Below, piece by piece: positions 29,972 to 37,719 of a DNA stretch of 64,000 nucleotides. Origin of the DNA: Sulfurimonas sp. (GTDB lineage Bacteria; Campylobacterota; Campylobacteria; Campylobacterales; Sulfurimonadaceae); NCBI RefSeq assembly GCF_026991475.1, contig NZ_JALXBK010000044.1:6283-70282 (forward strand). The letters are read 5' to 3'. A program made the position numbers and the translations under genes. The first letter of the stretch is position 1; each line of letters starts with the position of its first letter. The notes under the pieces were generated by a model. It was given only the letters and a program-made list of their open reading frames with translations. It was not told the DNA's origin and did not search any database.

Positions 29972-30228
29972 TCTTCCTCTTTTTCTTCCACAAAAGAGCT
30001 TGGACGGAGTTTTTTAAAAAATTTTACAAGTGTGGTACTAACAATGCCTCCACCAGGTAAAATCCAAAGTGCTGAGAGAAAAGTCATCTTTCCAATGTCA
30101 CCTATCTGCTCACCTGCTTTTTTGTACTCTTTGTTTTTAATATGTTTGGGGATCTCTTTGGTCTCTTTGTACTCTTGCTTAAGTCCACGACCAATTTTTT
30201 TACTGAATTTTTTGAATTTATGTATCAT
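29968..30228 (-). CDS. small hypothetical protein
   Basis: 86-aa basic ORF containing LWILPGGGIVS. Confidence 0.55.
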   Translation of the reverse strand: MIHKFKKFSKKIGRGLKQEYKETKEIPKHIKNKEYKKAGEQIGDIGKMTFLSALWILPGGGIVSTTLVKFFKKLRPSSFVEEKEED

Positions 30229-30239
30229 TTAGATTTCAA

Positions 30240-30257
30240 GGGTGCGAAGATGCACCC
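30240..30257 (-). terminator. hairpin after the ABM gene, possible terminator
   Basis: GGGTGC-6 nt-GCACCC stem; U-tract is weak. Confidence 0.35.
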
Positions 30258-30268
30258 CTAAGTGTTGT

Positions 30269-30583
30269 TTAGTCTATACTTTCGTAAACTTCAACAGAAG
30301 GTCTGCCTGCAAACCAATCCATAGGAGGCATATTTTCATGAGATTTTTTAAACGCATCACTTTGTGTATATGCCATAAAACTTTTCATATCTTCCCATAC
30401 AGTTTCAATGATGAAAGTATTGTTCTCACCTGTCATTGGGTTTGATTGTGGTGCTAATAGGTTCATAGCACTACAACCCGCTTGATCTTCAATATTGTGT
30501 TTTTTTACTGCCTCTTTTAAGTGTGCAGTGTACTCTTCTTTAAACTCTGGCTTTACTGGAAATTTTGTAAAAACTGTTACCAT
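30269..30583 (-). CDS. antibiotic biosynthesis monooxygenase (ABM)/IsdG-like protein
   Basis: Ferredoxin-like ABM pattern: FPVKPE...TVWED...F.AYTQSDAFKKSH. Confidence 0.75.
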   Translation of the reverse strand: MVTVFTKFPVKPEFKEEYTAHLKEAVKKHNIEDQAGCSAMNLLAPQSNPMTGENNTFIIETVWEDMKSFMAYTQSDAFKKSHENMPPMDWFAGRPSVEVYESID

Positions 30584-30719
30584 TTTTCTAATCCTTTAAT
30601 ATTTTATTTGCAGGAATTGTAACACTTGTTTTTAAAAGTATGGATAACAATAGAAAAAAAAAGACAATTTTGATATACTAAAAAAATTAAAAAAGTTAAT
30701 TTTCAAGGACAAAAAATAG

Positions 30720-31856
30720 ATGAAAAGAAGAGATTTTATAAAAAAAAGTAGTATAACTTTAGGTGCTTTAGCGACAACTCCTGTTGTAACATTTGCTAGT
30801 AAAATTGAAAATATTAAAGGTGTTAAGAGTAGAAAATTTATTGTAAATTATAATTTTGAAGTAGAATATAATGACAAAAATTTCCCTGCTAAACTATGGA
30901 ATCCACTTCCATTTAACGCATCGTACCAAAAAGTGAAACTAATACACTTTGATGGTAATTATGACAATTACAATATAAATAGTAAAAATGATTATGATGC
31001 AAACACTCTATTTGCAGAATGGAAACGCTCTGATAAGAAAAAAATTCTTAATTTACAATTAGAGATCGAGACAATATATAGAACAGTGCCAATATATAAA
31101 ATTAAAAGAGCAAGTAAAGCAAATTTACCACTCTCTAAAGATGTTCAACAATATTTAGAACCAACTGCACATATTCCAATAGCTGGCATTATAAAACAAC
31201 TTGCTGATAGAATTACAGGCGATAGTACAGATAGTTTTGAAAAGATTAAAAAAGTTTATCTTTGGTGTGCTAGTCATACATTTAGAGATAAAAAAGTCAT
31301 TGGTTGTGGCAAGGGTGATGTTGGTAAGATGATTACACAAACAGAGGTAGAAGATATTTATAAAAATGGTTACTTTGGTGGTAAATGTACCGATTTAAGC
31401 TCACTCTTTACTGCAATTGCTAGAGCTGCAGGTATTCCTACACGCGAAGTTTTTGGTATTCGTCTTGGAAAAAGTAACTTTAGTAAAGCACTAGGAAAAA
31501 GCGATGCTAAAGGTTTTGCAACGATTTCTACTTGGCAACACTGTCGCGCAGAGTACTACATTGAAGGTGCTGGATGGATACCAACAGATCCAGCTGACAT
31601 TACAAAACTAGAGCTTGTAGAGGGATTGAAATTTAATGATTCTAAGGTACAAAAATTATTAGAAAAATATATGCACTCTTGGGAGATGAACTGGGTTGGT
31701 TTTAATCATGCTAGAGATTTTAAACTTTTCCCTCAACCTAAAGAGTACCCTCTAAATATGTTTGGTTATCCTTATGCAGAAGTTGAAGATAATGTTTTAA
31801 ACTATTACGATCCAAAAACTTTTGAGTACAAAATAACTTCACAAGAGATTTTGTAA
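30720..31856 (+). CDS. Tat-exported transglutaminase-like protein
   Basis: MKRRDFIK Tat motif; GKCTD (Cys), WQHCRAE (His) and PTDPAD (Asp) triad. Confidence 0.85.
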   Translation: MKRRDFIKKSSITLGALATTPVVTFASKIENIKGVKSRKFIVNYNFEVEYNDKNFPAKLWNPLPFNASYQKVKLIHFDGNYDNYNINSKNDYDANTLFAEWKRSDKKKILNLQLEIETIYRTVPIYKIKRASKANLPLSKDVQQYLEPTAHIPIAGIIKQLADRITGDSTDSFEKIKKVYLWCASHTFRDKKVIGCGKGDVGKMITQTEVEDIYKNGYFGGKCTDLSSLFTAIARAAGIPTREVFGIRLGKSNFSKALGKSDAKGFATISTWQHCRAEYYIEGAGWIPTDPADITKLELVEGLKFNDSKVQKLLEKYMHSWEMNWVGFNHARDFKLFPQPKEYPLNMFGYPYAEVEDNVLNYYDPKTFEYKITSQEIL

Positions 31857-32183
31857 TTATGCTTCTTTAATTATCTTTTGCATATCGGCTGCGAGTATAA
31901 TACCTTTTTCACGCAGTAGTATTGTATCTCTATTTTTAAATATAATTGTTGTAGGCACTTCCGTAATATCAAATTCATACGAAAGTGCCTCTGACTCACT
32001 TAAATCTATCTCAAGTATTACCAACTCTTTTAGAAGTTCATCTAACTCTTCTAGTTCAAATCCTTGTACCATACAAGCATCACATAATTCTGAGCCAAAC
32101 TTCAGTATCACAGTCTGATGTTTTTCAAATGCAGCTTCTATTGTCTCGTTAAAATTCGCTTCGTTTAATTCTATTATTGCCAT
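31857..32183 (-). CDS. thioredoxin family protein
   Basis: CDAC motif, cis-Pro region EVPTTIIF and thioredoxin size. Confidence 0.8.
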   Translation of the reverse strand: MAIIELNEANFNETIEAAFEKHQTVILKFGSELCDACMVQGFELEELDELLKELVILEIDLSESEALSYEFDITEVPTTIIFKNRDTILLREKGIILAADMQKIIKEA

Positions 32184-32197
32184 TATATTATCCCTAT

Positions 32198-32461
32198 TTA
32201 TGCGCTTCTAAGTGCATTAGTTAAAAACATCTTAATCAATGACTGATAAGGTACATCCATTGCATTAGCTTTAACCTTTAACTCTTCTATCATATCAGCA
32301 GGTAAACGCAGAGATATACTCTTTGTAGTTTTTTTAAGATTTGAAAATCTAACAGGTTTTGCCTTGGACATATCAAAGTAGTCTGACACATCATTTTCAT
32401 CCCAAAAAGCAGATTCTTCTGCTTCATCTTTAAATATTGGTAATTTTTTAAGCTCTTGCAT
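32198..32461 (-). CDS. BrnA/CopG-type antitoxin
   Basis: FKDEAEESAFWD...ISLRLP...KVKANAMDVPYQSLIK ribbon-helix-helix pattern. Confidence 0.85.
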   Translation of the reverse strand: MQELKKLPIFKDEAEESAFWDENDVSDYFDMSKAKPVRFSNLKKTTKSISLRLPADMIEELKVKANAMDVPYQSLIKMFLTNALRSA

Positions 32462-32753
32462 AAATCATCCTCTCTTTTTTACTCATTGCTCTTGCAGATA
32501 TAACTCTGATGTGATTTTTTCTAATGGTAAAAACAACAGTCACTAAATCATCAAAATCATTTTTACCAAGAGCCACACATCTACACTCATCCAAAGAGTG
32601 TCTAAAATCTTCGACAATTAGCAAAGGTTCATTAAAAAAAGCCTCTTCAATCGCTGTCCATTTTAAGCCATGTTTATTTTCATTTTTATGAATATTCCCT
32701 TCATCCCAATCAAATCCAACAATAGCTTCAATATCTAAACAATCAAATTCCAC
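32448..32753 (-). CDS. BrnT family toxin
   Basis: GFDWDEGN..KN..KHG...E.R..ALG...IRVISAR motifs. Confidence 0.9.
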   Translation of the reverse strand: MEFDCLDIEAIVGFDWDEGNIHKNENKHGLKWTAIEEAFFNEPLLIVEDFRHSLDECRCVALGKNDFDDLVTVVFTIRKNHIRVISARAMSKKERMIYARA

Positions 32754-32761
32754 TTTCTTCC

Positions 32762-32784
32762 TTGTATATTGCTATTATATACAA
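32762..32784. promoter_or_regulatory. palindromic operator overlapping the brnT -10 box
   Basis: TTGTATAT-N7-ATATACAA; TATAAT on the minus strand at 32774-32779. Confidence 0.6.
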
Positions 32785-32814
32785 TAGTTATTCTTTTGTC
32801 AATAATCATTCCAT

Positions 32815-33246
32815 GTTATAGCCCCATTTCTCACTCGGATATGCTATACTAGTAGGCATAGTAACAGCAGCATTCGCAGCGTTATAGCCCCCTTTCTCAC
32901 TCGGATATGCTATACTAAGTGTTACATGGACTTCTGTGTCTCCGTAGTTATAGCCCCCTTTCTCACTCGGATATGCTATACTGGTAACATTAAAGGTATG
33001 CCATCGCAAGAGGTTATAGCCCCCTTTCTCACTCGGATATGCTATACTAAAATAGTTAATTGCTTCTCTCCATGCCTTGTTATAGCCCCCTTTCTCACTC
33101 GGATATGCTATACTTCTTGATGAAATGTTTCCTACTTTTGGAGCGTTATAGCCCCCTTTCTCACTCGGATATGCTATACTACATCAGCGTTGCTTTTATT
33201 ATTCTGTCAAGTTATAGCCCCCTTTCTCACTCGGATATGCTATACT
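32815..33246 (+). CRISPR. type II-C CRISPR array, 7 repeats and 6 spacers
   Basis: 36-nt repeat GTTATAGCCCCCTTTCTCACTCGGATATGCTATACT at 32815 (one mismatch), 32881, 32947, 33013, 33079, 33145 and 33211; all spacers are 30 nt. Confidence 0.99.
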
Positions 33247-33421
33247 ACGTGCTTCTACACCCCTTTTATAGGTGTATTGGCAGACATTTATTTCTCAAAA
33301 AAAATCTCTAAAAATTGTAAATTTTTCTCAAAATTTAGGTTTTTTCAAATTTTTAACTGCTTCTAATTAAAATATTCTTCTTGATTTTAAAGAATATTTG
33401 TTTCATTTTTACCCACTTTCT

Positions 33422-33739
33422 CTAAAATAGTAAAAGTTGTTTTTTTTCTAACTTCTCTTCCTCTTTTTTTATACCAACTAAAGTTTCCATTTTAGAGTAT
33501 TGCAAATCAGTTATTGAAAGCATCCGCACATGTCCCTTACTTGGCAGATGTGCTTTTACTCTTTTTTTGTGAGTATCTACACTATCATCACCCTTACAAA
33601 TTCGACTATATACAGAGAACTGCATCATAATAAACCCATCTTTAAGAAGAAAGCGTCTAAACTCTATATAACTTCTTTTCTCTTTTTTTGTCTTAGTTGG
33701 TAGGTCAAAAAGTACAAATATCCACATAAATTTAGCCAC
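33422..33739 (-). CDS. cas2: CRISPR-associated Cas2
   Basis: MWIFVLFDLP...FRRFLLKDGF.MMQFSVY type II Cas2 pattern. Confidence 0.95.
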   Translation of the reverse strand: MAKFMWIFVLFDLPTKTKKEKRSYIEFRRFLLKDGFIMMQFSVYSRICKGDDSVDTHKKRVKAHLPSKGHVRMLSITDLQYSKMETLVGIKKEEEKLEKKQLLLF

Positions 33740-33740
33740 T

Positions 33741-34619
33741 TTACTCTACCAATGGTAAAATGAGTTGGTTGCTGTCATTTAACTTCATAGCCCTTACAAA
33801 GCCCTCTGCCATCGTGTCACAAATATTAAGCATAAGTACATTTTCATCATTTAGTTTCATCTCCATTACTAGAACATTTAAAAGTGCTGACTTTACCTCT
33901 ATTCCTAGGTGAACATCAAGAGCATCTTCTATCTCTAGTTTTTTCACTACCATATCTACCATTGGGCGAAGTGGTTCTATCATATCATCAGCGAGATTAT
34001 AAGCATTGAGTTCAGAACGATGAAAAACTCCAAAAGTTGGAAGTAAACCGTGCGAGACTAAAGAACGAGCAACAGCACCTCTAAGTATGGCATACCCATA
34101 GTTGAGTGCTATATTTCTAGGATCAAAAGCTTTTTGATCTCTTGTAAAGTCATCAAAAAGCAGACTCCAATATCTTCTTGCTGCTAGTGCTTCTAAATTT
34201 TCACTATCGCCTGATTTTACTTTGTTTTCTAAAACAGAGACTTGAAAATCATCTTTGTTAAAGTACCTTAAAAGCCTTGCTTGGTTTGAGATTTTTTGAA
34301 TGATGATTTTTTGCCATATCTGTTTTTTTAAAGGAGCTTTCATATCTACTTGAATATGAGCGATTTGAGAGAGCCTTGAGTGCTGATGAAATGGAGTGAA
34401 GAGACCATTTGGCATATGGTAGTTATCACAGCTAAAAAGAGCTATATTACTTAAAAGTGCAGTCGTTACAATAGCCTGATTTGTCTCTAAAACTATGACC
34501 GTTATATCTTCAAGCGGCACTTGAATGATTGGTTCATCCTTTGGTTCATAAACAAACTGTCGATTTTTCATACTAAGCTTACAAGGTTTACTTACTAGTA
34601 TCGTTCTCCATGCACTCAC
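33741..34619 (-). CDS. cas1: CRISPR-associated Cas1 (type II)
   Basis: EALAARRYW, NIALNYGYAILR, GVFH...NAYNLADDMIEPLRP. Confidence 0.95.
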   Translation of the reverse strand: MSAWRTILVSKPCKLSMKNRQFVYEPKDEPIIQVPLEDITVIVLETNQAIVTTALLSNIALFSCDNYHMPNGLFTPFHQHSRLSQIAHIQVDMKAPLKKQIWQKIIIQKISNQARLLRYFNKDDFQVSVLENKVKSGDSENLEALAARRYWSLLFDDFTRDQKAFDPRNIALNYGYAILRGAVARSLVSHGLLPTFGVFHRSELNAYNLADDMIEPLRPMVDMVVKKLEIEDALDVHLGIEVKSALLNVLVMEMKLNDENVLMLNICDTMAEGFVRAMKLNDSNQLILPLVE

Positions 34620-34633
34620 AATCTTCTCCTTTT

Positions 34634-37576
34634 TTAGCTCCTATTTTTTCTTTGTCTTCCCTCTTTTATACTACCTTGCCGTTTTTCACTCTTTACCTCA
34701 ACATAGCCTCCTAAAGGGTCTACTTGATATTTTTTTATAAATACTAAATTTTGAGAACCTAAAATATCTTCTCTATTTCCATCATGTGATTTAATAAAAA
34801 TTTGTGCTGTCCCACTATGAGTGCTATCATAATAGCCCAAAATTTGAACAGATTCTTTCTTAGCAGTCTTCTTCGTCTTAACTTCTATCAAATCCCGCTT
34901 ATAAAATGAGAACTTAAACTCATACTCATCATCCATCTCTATCCATGGTTTGTTTCCAGCGACAATCGCCTTATTTGGCAACTTCTCTTTCACAAAATCA
35001 CTCACATATATAGGTACTAAATAGTATTTACCTGTCTTTTTATTTTGAAATAAATCCACTCTTGGCATAGTATCATTTAAGGCTATTCCATGTTTAAGTT
35101 TTACATTATTTGTTACACTACCACCCTTAAGTACCTCAACCTTACCATTCTCTTTTTTCGTACTTAATGTTTTATTGCTATATATGGTCTCTTTATGAGC
35201 AGCCCCACCTATCTTTCTTCGTGGCATATGCGAAACAAAGATCTCACTCACACTCTCTCTCACTCTAACTCCAAAATCTTCTAGTGGCGTTACAAATCGC
35301 AAAGCCTTAGACTTCTCCTCTTTACTTTTATAGATGTATCCCTCGCGTTTAGTTGAAACATCAGAAAGTCTTTTAACCATAGACTGCGTTGCAAATGCTA
35401 AAATTATCGCGTCTTCTGCATGATGAAGATGATTGTCTCTGTTTTTGTCACCTACTCCCCACTTATAACGCAGTTGCGAAGTAAGCATTCCATTCATAGT
35501 ATATATATGTCGTTTATCTTTTGAGTCTCTAAATGCTATATGTGCTTCCATATAGTTTTTTATAAACTTAGATATGTATGAGGTATCAGTTTTGTTTCTC
35601 TCTTTAAAAGCTATTTCACTATTTTCATCAAAATTAGTTTTTAGCAGTCTTCCTTTTTTTGCTTGTTTTATATTTTTGTAACCCTTAACTCTCTGCTCAA
35701 ATACATCAAACTTCTCTTGGCTCATATACTCATAAGGTGTTTGTGAGCCTTTATCTTGGTTCTCTTTTGTAAAACATAAAACTTTATTATTTAGAGAGTC
35801 ATCAAGTGAGCGACTATATGGCAGTATATGGTCTACTTCTGTTGCATAAGGGTCATTTAACAAATCAGGTTTAATCTCTTTACCACTGTATATACACTCA
35901 CCATTTTGCTCTTTCCAAAGTCTAAATTTCAGAAGTTCTTTAGCACTTGGTTCATGCCCTAAAATTTCAGTTGCATGAACTCTTGCTTCCTCTTTTTTGT
36001 CTCTAAAATCCCCTTGAGCTTTTTTAATCTCATTTCTATCTTTATGAGATTTTTTAATATCTCTTGTTAATTCTATATGAACAGTATCTATCGCCCCATA
36101 TTTTCTAGCAATGGCATTATAAACAAGTCGCATCTGTGCTACTGCTCTTTTAACGACTGGATTTGTCATCTCAATATTTTCTTGCTTGCTTAATGCTGGC
36201 AAGAGTAGAGTTTTTTCACCTTCAAAGATAGCCTTAAAATCATAACCTGCTCTATTACAAGCCTTATCATAATCCTCTCCCTCTTCAAGGTACGGGACGA
36301 TGTTTCTAAGCGCTTTGGTACTTAAATGCCCAAAACCAGAAAATGAAAGGCTTAATAATGCTTCACACACCTGTTTATTCTCTACAATCTCAAAAAGTTG
36401 TTTTAAACTCTCTTTATCATCTTTTTCAGTTGTTAAAATATTTGCAATGGCATCTAAAACCTCATAATCATTTTCTATAGTATCCCAAAAAAGATTATCT
36501 GCATTTTGAATTGACCTTTTTATTTTATGATAAGCAGGAAATTCTATAAGTTTTTCAGATTCAGGTTTTTTAATTTCTCCTGTTTTATAATCATGATAGA
36601 CTAAGCCTTTAAACTGCACATTTTCATCTAAATCAAGTAGTTTTCTCAAATCTGAATATTTAATTGCTCTTTGAATAGTTTTTGCTTTAAATATAATTTG
36701 TTGTATCTCTTGAAATAAAAGTAACTCTTCTTTACTCTCTATAATCAAACGCAGATTTTTAAGTTTTTGTAAGGCTCTAAAATATTCAAAACTATAAGAA
36801 CTTTTTGAAGCTCTTTTTTCATTAACTTCAAATGGACAATTTGCAACCATATCAAATACTGATTTTAAAGGTCTTTGCTCAAATGCTATCTCTTTATAAG
36901 TTTTCAATAACGTATCATTGACAAATTTATTTCCAAACTCTTTTTGTTTTGTGAAAATTATCTCTATCTCTTGCTCAAGCATACTTCTTGCAACAGAATT
37001 CTCATAGTTTAGTTTTCCCTCACTATCTTTTCCATTGCGTTTTTTCTCTTTTGTAGAGATATACTCACCAACTGTTAGGAATTCTGAACTCTCTAAAACA
37101 GTTTTATTATGCCCAATTCCAGAGAGAACTGCCTTGCCTTCACTATCTGTTACTTCATCACTTTTTCTATTGGACTTGTAACCCCTATGTTTAGCAAGAT
37201 GAATCATAATTCGAGAGAGTTCTTTGTTATTTAATTCTCTATAAAGAGCCTCTCTTCTTAAATCCCAAACATCTTTTTGCCCTTTATTGCCAATAAAAAG
37301 AGTATCTAGTTCATTTTGAGTAAGAATTTTATTTGAAAGAAGCAGTCGTTTTATTACTCGTAGTTTTTGAGCCTTGCGTTTAGTAGTTCGTCTAGCACTT
37401 CGTGCTTCACGACGAGGAAGAGCCAAAGACTTCCCATCTTTAGGGTGTTCAGCAATAGTAAATATTCTTACACCACTATCAATAATTTTATTGTTTTCTA
37501 TCTTACTATCAACATTTACTAAAGCCCAGCCTATAGAAGTTATTCCTAAATCCAATCCTAAAACTAGTTTACTCAT
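34634..37576 (-). CDS. cas9: Cas9, compact type II-C (980 aa)
   Basis: RuvC-I LGLDLG, Arg-rich bridge helix, RuvC-II HIELTR, HNH EVDHILPYS...NNKVL and RuvC-III HHAEDA are all intact; no csn2 or cas4. Confidence 0.98.
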   Translation of the reverse strand: MSKLVLGLDLGITSIGWALVNVDSKIENNKIIDSGVRIFTIAEHPKDGKSLALPRREARSARRTTKRKAQKLRVIKRLLLSNKILTQNELDTLFIGNKGQKDVWDLRREALYRELNNKELSRIMIHLAKHRGYKSNRKSDEVTDSEGKAVLSGIGHNKTVLESSEFLTVGEYISTKEKKRNGKDSEGKLNYENSVARSMLEQEIEIIFTKQKEFGNKFVNDTLLKTYKEIAFEQRPLKSVFDMVANCPFEVNEKRASKSSYSFEYFRALQKLKNLRLIIESKEELLLFQEIQQIIFKAKTIQRAIKYSDLRKLLDLDENVQFKGLVYHDYKTGEIKKPESEKLIEFPAYHKIKRSIQNADNLFWDTIENDYEVLDAIANILTTEKDDKESLKQLFEIVENKQVCEALLSLSFSGFGHLSTKALRNIVPYLEEGEDYDKACNRAGYDFKAIFEGEKTLLLPALSKQENIEMTNPVVKRAVAQMRLVYNAIARKYGAIDTVHIELTRDIKKSHKDRNEIKKAQGDFRDKKEEARVHATEILGHEPSAKELLKFRLWKEQNGECIYSGKEIKPDLLNDPYATEVDHILPYSRSLDDSLNNKVLCFTKENQDKGSQTPYEYMSQEKFDVFEQRVKGYKNIKQAKKGRLLKTNFDENSEIAFKERNKTDTSYISKFIKNYMEAHIAFRDSKDKRHIYTMNGMLTSQLRYKWGVGDKNRDNHLHHAEDAIILAFATQSMVKRLSDVSTKREGYIYKSKEEKSKALRFVTPLEDFGVRVRESVSEIFVSHMPRRKIGGAAHKETIYSNKTLSTKKENGKVEVLKGGSVTNNVKLKHGIALNDTMPRVDLFQNKKTGKYYLVPIYVSDFVKEKLPNKAIVAGNKPWIEMDDEYEFKFSFYKRDLIEVKTKKTAKKESVQILGYYDSTHSGTAQIFIKSHDGNREDILGSQNLVFIKKYQVDPLGGYVEVKSEKRQGSIKEGRQRKNRS

Positions 37577-37599
37577 TTAATTTCCTTTTAATGGAAATA

Positions 37600-37608
37600 A
37601 TTATAACA
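37600..37608 (-). promoter_or_regulatory. extended -10 promoter of cas9
   Basis: TGTTATAAT on the minus strand; AAAGGAAA RBS at 37581-37588. Confidence 0.6.
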
Positions 37609-37614
37609 TAACTA

Positions 37615-37712
37615 CATTAGTTTATCCGAGTGAGAAACGAATGGGCTATAATAAAGAGGTTAGAGTTCCTCTGCAAGGCTCTGATTATTACTAATCATCC
37701 TTAAAAAAACTC
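37615..37712 (+). ncRNA. tracrRNA
   Basis: Anti-repeat 37623-37652, TATCCGAGTGAGAAA-CGAAT-GGGCTATAAT, pairs with the repeat in 15-bp and 10-bp stems around a bulge. Downstream hairpins are AGAGG/CCTCT and TGATTA/TAATCA. Ends are approximate. Confidence 0.88.
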
Positions 37713-37719
37713 TCTTACT

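Noticed and set aside
32806-33311. Short ORFs 32806-33009, 32926-33120 and 33060-33311
   Set aside because: Translations of CRISPR repeats and spacers.
33370-33399. AT-rich inverted repeat AAATATTCTT-N10-AAGAATATTT between cas2 and the array
   Set aside because: Could be a weak terminator, but the stem is almost all A/T and such matches are common at this composition.
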